A stretch of DNA of 57,517 nucleotides, the filler included, from Dugesia japonica (lineage: Eukaryota), in NCBI GenBank assembly GCA_001938525.1. It is 5 parts of 5 records of this genome, joined end to end, with 100 filler letters (N's around TTAATTAATTAA, not from the genome) between each part and the next. Parts side by side here need not be neighbours in the genome. Positions count along the whole stretch, not along the records: positions 1 to 10,418 come from MQRL01498059.1; positions 10,519 to 21,100 come from MQRL01518678.1; 3 more parts are not named here. One strand, 5' to 3'. A model generated the notes under the pieces. It worked only from the letters and a program-made list of their open reading frames with translations. It did no database searches and was not told where the DNA came from. A program made the translations under genes and the position numbers. Numbering within the stretch: position 1 is the first letter of the stretch; every line of letters begins with the position of its first letter. Shown one piece after another: positions 1 through 12,734 of the stretch.

Positions 1-1365
1 TAAAAAGATCTTACAAATATTTCACAGGCGGTTTATATAAAACACTTAATTTTTTAATTTTTATTTCAGGACTTAATTGGATAATTTCACAATGAATCTC
101 TATTTGAAAACAAAATGTGTTCAATCATGACTACTTTATTGATTCCATATTCATGACTGCTTTGCTGTGTTTATTTTTTAATCGCTGTTTAATAACTATA
201 ATACTTTGTATTGCTCAAAGAAGCTAAACAAACAAATAATATTCCTTAAATCATTAATATAAATAATTTCTATTATTTTCCATGTAAACTTCATTGGAAT
301 TTTTGTTTGTCAATTTTGTAATTTTAAATAAAAATAACACGTTAAAGTAAACAATCTGTTAGGTTTTTAAAAATTATTTTAGATAAATCTCATTCATTAG
401 TAACAATTTTTAAATTGCATTTGAAACATTAGGATAATTAATTGATTTCAATAGAAACATGAAACAAAATTCTTCACGATTTATTATTTGAATTCCTGGC
501 ATCGTTTGTGGTATCTTTGGGTTTTAGTTCTTGTACTACTGACTTGTACCTCGGTGTGTTGCTTATAAAGGAAGTACTTTTCGTCGTCACTGTCCTTTCG
601 AACTTTATTTTAAAGGATGGTGGATTTACTACGTTAATAATGATAAAATTAATTGTAGCTTAATCTTAGAACATTTAGATTAACTAAAGGCGTTAGTATA
701 AATTCAATAAAAAGTTTATGGACGCCCATTGTAAAAGTAAACGGAGATACCAGTGGATAGAGTCAAATATTGTGAGGCTCTTGTTCTGGTCGTCAGTTAA
801 AATATGCCCAATATTCAAGCTGGTCTGGAGCCCTCTGCTTTACTTGTTTGGATACTTGATTGTATGGATTTTTTAATAGCGAATCTGTGCGGTTTCTCCA
901 GTCTCGTGACAAGAGTACCACACTCCTTCCATTTTATGATATTTAAAACAATAAAAAGAATTATTTACGAATATAAACAAAACATGAGAGCCGATTATTC
1001 AGTTTTATTACTATTTTCTCCATTCGATCTAAATCAAACACTTCTGTGAACAATGATAGCTTCGTTTTGTTTGGTTAATCGATTGTACTTGGATAANGAA
1101 AATATAAGAACAACGGTTTAGCCGGATTAATTCCTGCTTATGTCTTATAATTTTAAAAACGACTCATGGAATACTTGCTATGTGGATCTAAATATATTAC
1201 GCAGTTATTACTAAAGGATAACACTCTCCTGATTGGACGATAATTAAATACACGTGGCTTTGTTATATAGAAGCGAGAAAAATTTGAGTTACAATTAAAT
1301 CTAAATGAAGTAATAACCAAAATTTTATTTCAGTAATAAACGAGAAAAATTTGATCTCTATAATC

Positions 1366-1685
1366 CTTGTGTTGTCCAAACATTTTTTAGCTACGGCACA
1401 TTTGCCTGAATTAAAAATTTTCACGGCACACTAATTTTTTGCTTTAATTGCAATTTCTTATTGCACTTTTATTAAAGATTTAAATAAGAAATAAAAATTT
1501 AATTACTTAAAATAAATTTAGTATAAAAGTTAACATTTAGAAAATTTGAGTGAAAAAATTCATAAAAGATAGTTAATGAGATGTATGTGCATGATGGANC
1601 GAACAAATAAGTTACAATCGAGGTGTAACAGGGTATTTTTGACTTTATTTGAAAAATTTCGCGGCACACGGTTTGGACAACACTG
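1366..1685. mobile_element. hAT-type MITE (about 320 bp)
   Basis: TIRs C(TT)GTGTTGTCCAAAC / GTTTGGACAACACTG; perfect 8-bp TSD CTATAATC at 1358-1365 and 1686-1693; subterminal CGGCACA repeats. Confidence 0.85.
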
Positions 1686-2348
1686 CTATAATCTAAGTAA
1701 AAATAATTAATTACCATGCCAATTCTAATGATAAACGAGTAATCCAAAATAATAATAGACGGAAGAAAGGTATAACCCATATCGAATAATTCAAATTTAA
1801 TCCTTGTTATTGAAAAGGAGGACTCTTTTAAATGAGTTCATCAATTCTACTACAGACCGTTGCGAATGACTTATTTATTAATCATTAGATTTAATATAAA
1901 ACTTAATTTAACAATAACAACAGCGTTGTTATGAGGATATTTAATATCGATTTATTATTTATTGACTTTGGTAGCAGGTGCAAAATTGATTCATGTTCTG
2001 ACTAGCAAATTAATTCATAGCTGAGTTCATTGAATTCTTATATTTTAAAGTGAAAATTTAGATATAAATTTTGATAAAAAATTTAGTAATCCTTATCTTA
2101 ACAATTTGAGTGGAACTAATTTTTTTGGAAGCCATCTTACTGAGTCCCTTATTTTGTAATAATGTAGTCACCTATGTTAGAGTTAAGCATAAAATATATA
2201 TTCTAAATACAAAATGACACTGTAACACACACACACATATATATATATATATAGCTTTTGATGAATCAGTTATGCAATAATCTCTGAGCACTAAAATCAT
2301 ACACACATTCAAACAGTCAATCACGCATTCACCTATTATCACATACAT

Positions 2349-3774
2349 GATACACTGACATTTCACATAAAGAATTTTCACATAAAAACTTTATACAAAA
2401 AATTTTTACAGAAAAATTTCACAAAAAGAATTTTCACATAAAAACTTATAATAATAAATTAGATCAAATGCATAAAAGAATAGAAGAACAAATCAGGCAT
2501 TATTAAGAATAAAAAAAATCAAATTATTATATGAGATAATAACATCAGCATGGTTAATGCTTAATTCGATCAAATAGGTTAAAGATTTATTAAATAAATA
2601 CCAGATAATATAATTACAAAATATACAAGTTAATTATTTAAACTTAAATGAAATAATTTACAGTATATCTTGATGAAAAATTGCATTAGCAAGTTAGTCA
2701 ATATTCCAATTTTATCTATTAAAATTAGTAGTTGTTTTAATTGAAACAGATTTGGCGCTAAATTTATAATTTATATGAAACCAAAATTATTTATATAAAC
2801 TTTATTTTTAGAGATTTTAAATGTTTACAGTTACAAAGACAACTAAGAATAACTTAATGCTTACAGATGTTGAGTTGGAATATTACTTAAACTCTAAAAC
2901 GTCAACTAGAATGTACTGGGTTTGCACGAAATTTGAAATATATAATAGTAGGCTAACAACGAATTTGGTTTCTGGCAGCGATTATATCATTGTCAGAAAG
3001 GTGACACAAAGGATAAAGCCTTGGAAAATCCTACTGCCCAGCCTTCTAATACAAAAAGAGCTACGTTCTATAAACGATTTGGATGTTTTGGCCGGTATAG
3101 CAGGGGAAAAAATCAATGCTTAAGACATTTAATAGGATACAGAATTTTTTAAGACTAATTATTCCTAATACTAGTTCATGTTGTATAATAAACTCGCCAT
3201 ATAATACTACATATAGTGGTACACCATTTCTTAGATATGATTCTGGAGTTGAAGATATTCAAAGTTTGATATTTATTCTGATGAAGGGCTTAAATATATC
3301 AGTAGAAGTACTTATTTATATACTGATGGTACATTTAATACAGTTCCAAGTATTTTTTCTATTTATATACAATACACGGAGGGCAGAGCTTTCCTTTTAT
3401 TTATGTTCTGTTTCTTCGTAAATCGAACCAATTATATAAAATAATTTATCAGCATATCATTAGGGCTGCACTTAGCAATCGGTTAATTTTTAATCCAGAA
3501 ACTATTATGACGGACTTTGAAATTGAACCCATAAGCGCAATATCAGAAGTTATTCTAAATCGTCGAGTTAAAGGATGTTTGTTTCATTTTAATCAATCTA
3601 TATGGAGAAAAGTACAAGAAAAAGGTCTTTCTCGGCTATATATAGGTATAGAAAGCATAGAGATAAAAGATTCCTTGTTAAATATCATAACAATATTATA
3701 ATATGTTTTTATGTCAAAAATATTTATGTGAAGAGTTTTTATGTAAAAATTTTTATGTGAAATGTCTGGGTGCC
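2349..3774 (+). mobile_element. Mutator-like (MULE) DNA transposon, internally deleted and decayed
   Basis: TIRs built from GACATTTCACATAAA / TTCACATAAAAA subrepeats at both ends; 8-9 bp TSD (C)ACATACAT at 2340/1-2348 and 3774/5-3782. Confidence 0.85.
2821..3701 (+). pseudogene. MULE transposase pseudogene (FLYWCH-like N-terminus plus MULE DDE domain)
   Basis: Motifs YWVC, YTDGTFNTVP, IMTDFE and GCLFHFNQSIWRKVQ spread over frameshifted fragments. Confidence 0.85.
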
Positions 3775-3844
3775 ACATACATATGTCGATTTACTTATAT
3801 AATGGTCAATATGAAATATTATAATATTAGTCATATCTCACATT

Positions 3845-4510
3845 CCCCCTTTTTAAAGTGTTTTGACCATTCAATATTTCTTATTATTTTTTTACCATTA
3901 GTAAGTTCTTATTTTAAACTCCTATCATGTATTTTCTATATAATTATTGCTGGTCCTTCATATCTGTTTTCATTTTTATGTGAACTTTCTCTTTTTATTA
4001 AAACTGCGTCACAATATTAAATTTTTTAACTGAATAATTCTTCTTTGAATTTGTAGAATTTGCATAGTTGTTTAAATTGTTCATTATTCTTTTACGCTTT
4101 AGATTTATTTCATTTACATTGTTTTTATCATTTCTAACAATCCATTCTTTGTGTAAATTTTTCTCAAAAACTATTTCAGCTGGAGCTACATTCTTCGTTC
4201 TCTGAAGTGTGATGTTCAACATAAATTCTATTTCTGGTATAATTTCAGCCCAGTCCTGTTTTTTCTTATCCTGTAAACTAATTTTAATTGTATCTCTTAA
4301 AATTCGAAATTGTATTGCAATTATTACATTACTTCTATGGTGATATGGACTAGAGTATTGGATTTCGCAATTAAATTCATTAGCTTATTGTTGGAATAGA
4401 TTTGTTTCAAATGATTTTCTACGATCTGTATGTATTTTTCTCGTTGCAACATATTTCAAAATCCATTTATTTTTTAATATTCTAACAGTGATATTTTCAT
4501 TTTTATAGAT
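3845..4510 (-). pseudogene. Ty3/Gypsy integrase core and C-terminus remnant
   Basis: IHTDRRKSFE, YSSPYHH, DWAEIIPEIEFMLN, APAEIVF, YEGPA (GPY/F-like); ends at a PPT. Confidence 0.8.
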
Positions 4511-4511
4511 G

Positions 4512-6043
4512 TGTTGGGGTTTTACTCAAGGTGGGTTTATTTCTTATATGATTAAATCTAGGGGGGTCGAACTTTATATAAAATTACGTCTAGAGTAATT
4601 GACCTGGTAAAACCCCGCAATGAATTTGAATCTGGTGTCCCCAAAAAAATCCAGATCTTCGGAACGGAGCCGTTAACTCGAAATCCGAGTACAGGCTCGC
4701 ATTTCTTTGGTTCGGGTTCGTTTTACATATTACTCGCTTAATTTACTAATCACAATTGTGGGGTGTTCCTTTATTCGGTCACTCTATATTTGATTATAAT
4801 CATAATAGCTATATTATCAATTCGGAAAAACAAAAGAATTTATAAGTGAAAAATATATTATATGATTTAAATTTCACTTTGGGTACAATAACCTAATAAT
4901 TAACATAATTAACAAAACTAATGTGACCTGGGTCCCGATCTTGAGCAAGCACAAGAGCATAACATTCATCCCATTCGTATCCAATAGTTACTCCAGAGGT
5001 CCTCCATAATAATAAGTTGTAGCAATCTAGTCGGAAATCGTTGCATCATCAATCAAATCGCATAAATAATCACCTTTTGTGTTAATTTCGTTTTAATTTC
5101 TGTATTTCCTTGATAAAAAGTGTATATTTATGTGAAAATCATACCGGTTAAAAAAATACCGGTTTCTCTTCACACCCCCATTTATTTTATTGGTGGATAT
5201 AAATTCTTGGCGCTTTTATTGGCTAGATAGTCACATGCGTTCTTTTCATTGCTTGATATTTTTAGATTTCGAATCTATTGGTCCCCCTTCAAACCCTTGT
5301 TTCTTTTTTCTGAGACTCATAACGATTTTTTAACTTAAAATCTCAAGATCTCTGATTTTTTCTTGACCAGAATGTTTTTAATTACTAATTTTTCCACCAT
5401 GGGAAGTCGTTGTTTTTGACATTTTTCACGAAATAATTATTTTTCTTTTTAAAAATACTTTATTTTAAATTGTTCGATTTATTTTATTTAAATAAATAAA
5501 TTATTTATTTTATTTTCTTCCAAAATATTAATTCGATGTTCCTTTCTTTGTTTTGTCTGATATAATTTTAATTTAATTTCATTATTTTCTTTTATTAATT
5601 AATTCATTTAATTAATTTTTCTTTCTTCCAGTATAGTTCAATGTGATTTTCTTGATTTTGTTTAATGAAATAATGGTTATTCATTATTTTTTCTTGTCCT
5701 GCTACAGCTTATATTACTTCTTTTTTTCTTTAGTTTACTTATTTCTGCGTTGTTTCGTGCTGTAATGTTGGTTATTTCGTTGGTTTTAATTACCAATTTT
5801 TTGGGTTTTCCTTTTCAGTATCTCTTCCTTTCACTGAATTATGTTCTTCTTAGGTCTGAGGGCTTTAATTTCTTTTCTGACGACCATGTTTTGAATTTCG
5901 AGTATAATTATCGCCATTTGTATTTTCGGTACCAAGTGTAAGAAAAGAAGTTTCAAAGATTTACTAATAGTGGGTCAGGAAATAGAGTTAAAAGAGAGTA
6001 TAAAAATTAGGTGGTTATATAAAATAACCACCAATGAATAACA
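4512..6043. repeat. Non-coding, LTR-like repeat (boundaries uncertain); shares a diverged segment with 7896-8125
   Basis: Starts TGTT exactly where the integrase remnant stops; homologous blocks recur at about 7900-8125; the right end (AACA at 6043) is a guess with no TSD. Confidence 0.35.
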
Positions 6044-6459
6044 AATTGATACATAAGTAAATCCGCCAAGTAATGATTTTCAGCAATATAAATTAAATTC
6101 CGATCTGTGGTAAAAGAAATTGGTAAAGGAAAGTTTTGTCTATCAAGCTTTCATAACATCAAATAGGTGATTAGACAAAAGTCAACCATGCCACGTCATA
6201 AAACAACCTTCTATAGTAGAACAGTCACGTCTCAGATAAACTGAATAAGGAATTGCTACATTGCTAGCATGTTACACACACTTGCGCATCACAAATTTTT
6301 TTTTATCTAAACATTATGCCATCATATCGTTGTTGTTCACTCGGTTGTTTTTCATACTTCCTGAAAAAATGATTTTTCTATCCAAGGTGGAACATGACAT
6401 CTGACAATTTTCTATCTTTTTTTGTTTATAATTTTATTCTGAATTGATTTCTATCATGT

Positions 6460-7134
6460 TTATTTCTATATGATACGTTTTGGTCGAGAAATATTTGGAT
6501 CAAGGTCAATTTTTCTGATAGAACCACAAATTTTTGTTCAGCAAATCCTATGTGAAATATGTTCAATTTTTAATTCTGAGTTCAACAATATCAAATTTGT
6601 TATTTTATCATTAGTATTTCTAGAAAAAAATAAATTTTCATCCTCGGTGTGACATGGCTCCTGGAAATGTTTGATCTTTTAAACTAAGCATATTTTTACA
6701 GCAAACCCTATATAAAATATGTTCAGAATTTTATTCTTAATTGAATTGTATCATTTACAAAATGATCCGATAAAATTAGGTTGAAAAATGTCAAAAAGAA
6801 TGTCAACTGTTCCCGTGCGCTAGTACCTTTTTCCAGAGAACCAAGCATATTCATATAGAAAACCCTATACAAAAAATATTTACCTTTCAATTCTATGACG
6901 ATCACTACCAAATTCGAAACCATCTGATAAAATCTAACAGAAAAATTTAAATAACAAATTTTCAAAATTCGACCTTCCTGATTTAAAATTCGACCGTTCC
7001 AACCCGAATTCGAAAAATTTTTTCATATATTCGGAATTTCCATTCAAAATGCTACAAATCAAAAAACACCAAAACAACAAAAACACCGAAACAGTTGGTG
7101 GGGGAGGGGGAAGGGTACTGTTCCGTGCGCTAGT
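6460..7134 (+). repeat. Repeat with internal duplications and a duplicated ACTGTTCC(C)GTGCGCTAGTA end (Helitron-like non-autonomous element?)
   Basis: Motif at about 6806-6825 and 7117-7135; about 45-bp diverged duplication at about 6531 and 6693. Confidence 0.35.
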
Positions 7135-7324
7135 ATCCATCTACTATATACCTTTTTTTATCGAACCTTTATATAACATTGAGCATGTAATTATGGAACC
7201 TTTTAATATATTTACCTAAATTTCTATTATTAATAAATTAAATCATCTTATAAAAAAATCTAATTAAAAAAATCTACTCAACATTTAACTTAAAAAATAT
7301 TTATCATAAAAAAATAAACTCACC

Positions 7325-7510
7325 ATTTTTAATTTCAAATATATTTAGTATTATGAAATTAAAAAATCAATAAATTTATTGATTGTTTAATTTCATTACT
7401 ACAAATTGATTTGAAATTAAAAATTTAATTTCATATTACTATAATAATTATGGAAATATTAAATTAATCAATCAATAAATTTATTGATTGGTTAATTTCA
7501 TATTATCACA
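7325..7510. repeat. Tandem imperfect AT-rich palindromes (fold-back)
   Basis: About 100-bp palindrome centred on AATCAATAAA|TTTATTGATT (7365-7384); second centre at about 7470-7490. Confidence 0.7.
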
Positions 7511-8319
7511 ATATGAAATTATTTTAATATAAATTTTTAAAAATTAATCATTCTGAAACAAGAGGCCCCAACTATCTGTATAGAATCAAGAACAGAGATA
7601 ATTTCGCTAGAGTAAGCCAAGTAAGAACCAGTTACAAAGCAAAATAATAAAATATATCCAACGCCACAGCAATCGTTATTTCCACAAGGTAGCGTTCCTT
7701 ATTCAATATATAGCAGACTTAGCTGCTCGGCACAGTTTTTGGGTCATTAGTGAGAGGGATGCTACTGACGAGGAAGCGGCCTTCAACTTTAGCGAGAAAG
7801 CGCCGAATTACTCTTGAATAGTTGTTGAATTATGAAATAATGTTTTATCTGTACAATTCTTATTATGTAAATCGCTTTATAGGATTAGAAATTAGTGGGT
7901 ATATTCAATCCAAACTAAAGGAATACAGACAAGCCCTTAAAATACGAGTTGTGAGTCAACGATCCTATTCCAAAGATCTAGCCTAGGGAAGTGGCCTAGT
8001 GAAACCCAACGAATGATTTAATCTAGTGTCCTCGTTATAGAATGAAGCCCATAACTCGTAACCCGTAGTTCGAGTACATGCTCGCATTTCTTTGGTTAGG
8101 GTTCACAATTAAATATTACTCGCTTTTGTTCAACAGAAAATTTCGGCAATTACTATGGTGGGTTGCTGTATTAGTGATTGATTATAAGGACAGCCTTCTC
8201 GAATTTTCTTCCTGTAATTCTTTACAGCTTTCGTTACTCGAGACTTTATAATTCTGTCAACTTTGTGAGACTAATATTCAGGTTGACATATTGTATGATA
8301 TGTGTACTAGTTACTTTTT

Positions 8320-8920
8320 TGTAAATATCATCATTGTTAGTATTTAATTTTAAAAGGAATGCAAGATGTGTAGTCAATAGATAAATGCCTTGCTGTCAAA
8401 TTTCGTGCTAACTTATTCGATAAGTGATTTTGAAATAGGTTCTTAATTCTTTCAGATAATTATTTCCTGTAATAAATTGTCAATGAGATACTTGAATATT
8501 TTACAGATCAACATTCGCAAATTAAGGAGAGCTACACTTGAAAAGCTTTTACCTAAAAATACAAGGTTTTCAAACAGCTCGCAAAGTTGACAGTGGTAAT
8601 ATGCTTTTTATCTGCTGATCGGATCCATGAAACATTTAAAAAATTATCTACTTTTTATAATGGCAATTAAACCCAGTAGCAGAAAATTCAGAAGTTCTTT
8701 GCATATTTTGAACGAACATGGTTATCAAACATCTCGTTTATTAATTCAATGTTAATTTTTAATCAGTTAATAAAAAACTCACAATGAATTTTGCAGTGCA
8801 CCATGGGAACTCTTAGGTATTTGTGGAAAAGCTAAATTATTTAATTGATGACATAGCTTTGTAATCCATGAGAATTAATAACTTGACTACTTATCGGCAA
8901 CGCGATCCAACAACATTATT
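8320..8920 (+). pseudogene. Highly decayed MULE transposase C-terminal half
   Basis: Fragments ISDFEIG, LFP and AYFERTWL, typical of MULE transposases. Confidence 0.55.
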
Positions 8921-9769
8921 AAGTTTATCATAATTTTTGAAAAAATTATAACAAAGAAAATTTGCAGATTACTAACACTTGAAATGAATATAATTTACTA
9001 TTATGTATATGTTATTTGACTATCTAAATTATTTCATTTTTTTAAATATTTATTTCATAGTCGTAATTATTTCATATTTTTATATTTCATGGCTTTTGAT
9101 AGTAGCTGCCATGAGAATTTTATGAAAATCTTTTCATTGTTATTATTTTATGAAAATTAATTTGTTGTCGAAATTACTACAGAAAATTTTATCTAAAAAA
9201 TTAATCTCAAAATTATAATCAAAATTAACTATAACGTCAAATTATTTCAATATCGAAATTATTTCTTTATCAAAATTATTTATTATGGTAAAAAATGAAC
9301 ATGATTCATTTATTTTTGTTCTAAAGAATACCACGAAATACTAGTAAAATTTAATTTATTACATCTATACTCGTTATCAAATTAAAAAAAAATTTTACAT
9401 TTGGATAAATTTTTTTTTTTGTAATTTTTTTTAATTAAGTACAAACAGATGCTAAAATACGATTAAAAATTGTGTTTATTCATTTTTAATTGTGAGATTT
9501 TTTTATAATAATCGTTTATAATTAATCTAAAAAATATGGAGCAAAAAATAAAGTGATCTGTTCATAAATAATCGAGTCATTTTGATATTTTGAAAAGTTA
9601 ATTTTCTGAAATTTATCTAGCAATAAAAAAATTTTAAATTTCTAAATTTGTTTAATGAAAAAATTTTATTTTAAATTTACTAAATTCCATTAAATTTTTA
9701 TATTGACTTGAAAATAATATTAAAATTTGTTTAATTATTTCAAATCACATAACAACTTTTGTTATAATA

Positions 9770-10043
9770 ATGTCCTCAAATTATGATAAGTTAAAGCAAA
9801 CTTCTAGCAGTAATTCTATAACTTATGATAATGGAGCTACTTACAAAACTATTTTTGAATTATCAAAATTGTTAAATACAGGTTATATATTTTTTATTAA
9901 CTGTCAAATTATTGTGATTTTTAGGCCTTGATGGCGAAGAATTAAGAATATGTCTAAAATTATTAGAAAATGGTATACATCCACAAGCATTGGCAACTAT
10001 TATAAAAAATTTAAAAAGTGCTAAAAGTAAAGAAAATATTTAA
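9770..10043 (+). CDS. MZT1: Mitotic-spindle organizing protein 1 (MOZART1, gamma-tubulin complex); exons 9770-9881 and 9925-10043, 76 aa
   Basis: Spliced translation MSSNYDKLKQTSSSNSITYDNGATYKTIFELSKLLNTGLDGEELRICLKLLENGIHPQALATIIKNLKSAKSKENI matches the MOZART1 signature (EIS.LLNTGLD...L.IC..L.E.GI.P.AL..II); 43-nt GT-AG intron at 9882-9924 keeps the frame. Confidence 0.92.
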
Positions 10044-10418
10044 ATTAGTTGTAAATTAATAAAATTATTTGATTTTACATTTTTTATTTCAAATTTCTAA
10101 TTACATATAAGTTAAACCAATTAATTTAGAAAATGCTAAATTATATTTAAAAGTAGTTAACAATAAATTATGTTAATTAAATAAAATTCTTTCATTAGTT
10201 TTATTCAAGAATTTGTTTCATAAATAACTAATTTTTTATTCTAAATGATTTCATTTGTGAAAATAAATTAAATCCTTTTATTTAAAATAAAACTGGGTAA
10301 ATTTTTAAATAATTTCTTTCAATATCGAATATAATTTTTTATTCGATAATTCAACAAAGGTTCTTTAATATCGAAGATTACGATTTTTGAGGTTGTTTTT
10401 TATACCGAACCATAACTC

Positions 10419-10518
10419 NNNNNNNNNNNNNNNNNNNNNNNNNNNNNNNNNNNNNNNNNNNNTTAATTAATTAANNNNNNNNNNNNNNNNNNNNNNNNNN
10501 NNNNNNNNNNNNNNNNNN
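10419..10518. other. Artificial contig linker
   Basis: 44N + TTAATTAATTAA (stops in all six frames) + 44N. Confidence 0.97.
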
Positions 10519-11302
10519 TGTGTTCTAGCCCAACAAATTACTGGGGGCCCTCAAAAAATTCCGCCCCGGAATTTCTCTCAAAAATTCCTTTTAGTACCAT
10601 TTCCTCTGGAATCTAACAACGTTATTTATCATAGCTCGGCTTTTAATATGATGGAGGCTCTGTCAAATTTCAACAGGTCAAAAGCTCCCTGAAGCAAGAG
10701 TCTAATAGGTCATAAAATTAAGTAAAGTAAAGAAAACAAGATGCAGAAACAAAATACATTATTTCNNNNNNNNNNNNNNNNNNNNNNNNNNNNNNNNNNN
10801 NNNNNNNNNNNNNNNGCAAGAGTCTAATAGGTCATAAAATTAAGTAAAGTAAAGAAAACAAGATGCAGAAACAAAATACATTATTTCATTAGAATATCAA
10901 TACACATGCATAATTTACCATCATACTCATAATTACATAAACAAACCGTCTACCACATTATTGATCAAATACTAGCCACTCAACATTTTAAGTTCGCCGA
11001 TCACATTTATTGTCACCATAANATAGAATCACTATATAACTTTTTAGCTTACTTACTCTTTTGTCAACGGAACCGACTTTGAGATAACTTTAGCATTTGA
11101 GATGAATAGCCGAATTTGGAGACAACTTGGCAGTATAGAGCTGCACGACAAATGGAGATTACCAAATGGACAGTAGAGAACTGCCAGAGCACACTTGGAT
11201 AAATATAATTTGTTCAATTACACAATTATAGAGTTTTGTCACAGGAATCGTGATAGTATTTACATAGTCACTCGCAGCATAGAACTGCTCGAAACGAAAA
11301 TT

Positions 11303-12235
11303 CTATCGGCCCCAGAACAGATCCTCCTCGGACACTGAGAAAGGCCATTGAGATGATTGATCGGGATCGGGGAGAATAGTGGGAGATTGAGAATCGGTTT
11401 TTTGAGCTGCATACTGGTCGAGCAAGCTGATCCGCTGGGCGACTGATCGCCTATTTGTTTTATAGCTGTAGAATGTCTGTTCCACCTTAGTGAGATTTAT
11501 CTGTCGTGGTGGAATTACGACTCGGACTAGGGTTTCTTTGAGCGGGATATTCTCGTCATGTAACTGTTTTACGGTCTCCTCTAAATGTCGAATATTAAAC
11601 TCGCTCTCTTCTGTTTCGTTTTTCCAGCACTGACTTTCTTCGGTGAGGCTCGCAGTTTTAGTTTGAAGGTATTTAATAATATTTTCGAGGTTTTGAATAT
11701 CACTCTGATATTGTTCACGCTCTAATCTCATGGACTGGATTTCTCGCACTAATCTTTCATTATCTCTATGTAGATGATTCAACTTCTCTTGTTGATTCTG
11801 TTGATTGGACNNNNNNNNNNNNNNNNNNNNNNNAATTGTCTTTTCCAACATTTTAATTTTTTTGGCTTGCCACTTTACTTGAGTCTCTAACTCTTGAATT
11901 TGTTGCTGAGCTCTTTTCCAATTGTCTGCCAATTCTCGTTGTTGGCGTGAAATTATTTCATCTTTGCTCCCATCTGACCTTCTCCGATAATTTACTGGTT
12001 TAACGACATTCTCGTTGTACTCTCTCTGCTTCTGCTTCGGATTGTTGTCTTGCCTTGACTCGCACTCTTAGTCAACTGCTCGAGCTTGGGGTTAGAGTTT
12101 CTCTCGGATCTCACCCGATTTTGTTGATTAGTTGTTGTTCACTAACGACTCATTACAAGTTTGGTTATTATTTCGACAGTATCGTTTGATTGCTCCTCTC
12201 TGTCGAGCCATGCTGTTTGAACTTCGGGATGCCAT
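11303..12235 (-). pseudogene. Coiled-coil accessory ORF (track ORF 11303-11932; probable original ATG at 12235, disrupted)
   Basis: Long Q/E/K/L heptad-rich region; the open frame extends upstream of the track TTG start to about 12068; AAAATGG start context at 12235. Confidence 0.55.
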
Positions 12236-12734
12236 TTTCTTAATTGAAATACAGATAAACATGGTATTGAATATTTACACATTAAGACATCGGGAGTAAT
12301 GATGACAACAAATTTACTGGTTAATCAAATTTTAAATGAGATTGATATTTACAAATTGTTTTAATAGTGTTTCATTGGTTACTTCTACTGTACTGTATCC
12401 TGAATTTTTATGTTTATTTACAATTTACCAAGTATCACACTCACAGATACACTACATGCCACTCCTCATTGGGCCATTTACACACTAAATTTGACTTCTC
12501 CGTCAGTATCATCTCCACAACACAACTCCGCAATTTTCGAAAATACTCAGACACTGTATATACAAATTGGAATTATTCTGATTACGCACTTATTAAATAA
12601 CTATAATTTGTGAGTCTACTTATACGATACTTTTACTGTTTTTTATTTTTGGAATATAAGTTTTTTTTTACATAGTAATACAGTTACTATTTAATACATA
12701 TAATCTTCCGTAATCTACAACTCGGCATCCATCA

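Larger units (their letters stand above)
2175..3842 (-). repeat. 3' LTR of a Ty3/Gypsy element, split by a MULE insertion (LTR parts about 3783-3842 and 2175-2348)
   Basis: Minus strand starts TGTGAG directly after polypurine tract AAAAAGGGGGAA (3843-3854) at the end of the integrase remnant; ends ...CTAACA at 2175. Confidence 0.6.

Noticed and set aside
430-1260. GC-richer stretch that looks like decayed coding sequence
   Set aside because: The frames I read gave only short or interrupted products with no recognisable motif; cannot be assigned.
2357-2450. Short regularly spaced repeats resembling a CRISPR array
   Set aside because: They are MULE TIR subrepeats with no unique spacers; eukaryotic context and no cas genes.
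7765-7800. CTGACGA followed by a hairpin (hammerhead-like)
   Set aside because: GAAA does not follow stem II and stems I/III cannot be formed.
10694-10887. 72-bp exact direct repeat flanking an N gap
   Set aside because: Typical scaffolding overlap artefact.
10519-11300. Candidate 3' LTR of the giant element (minus strand ends in CA at the contig edge)
   Set aside because: No second LTR, clear PPT or TSD is available in the window to support it.
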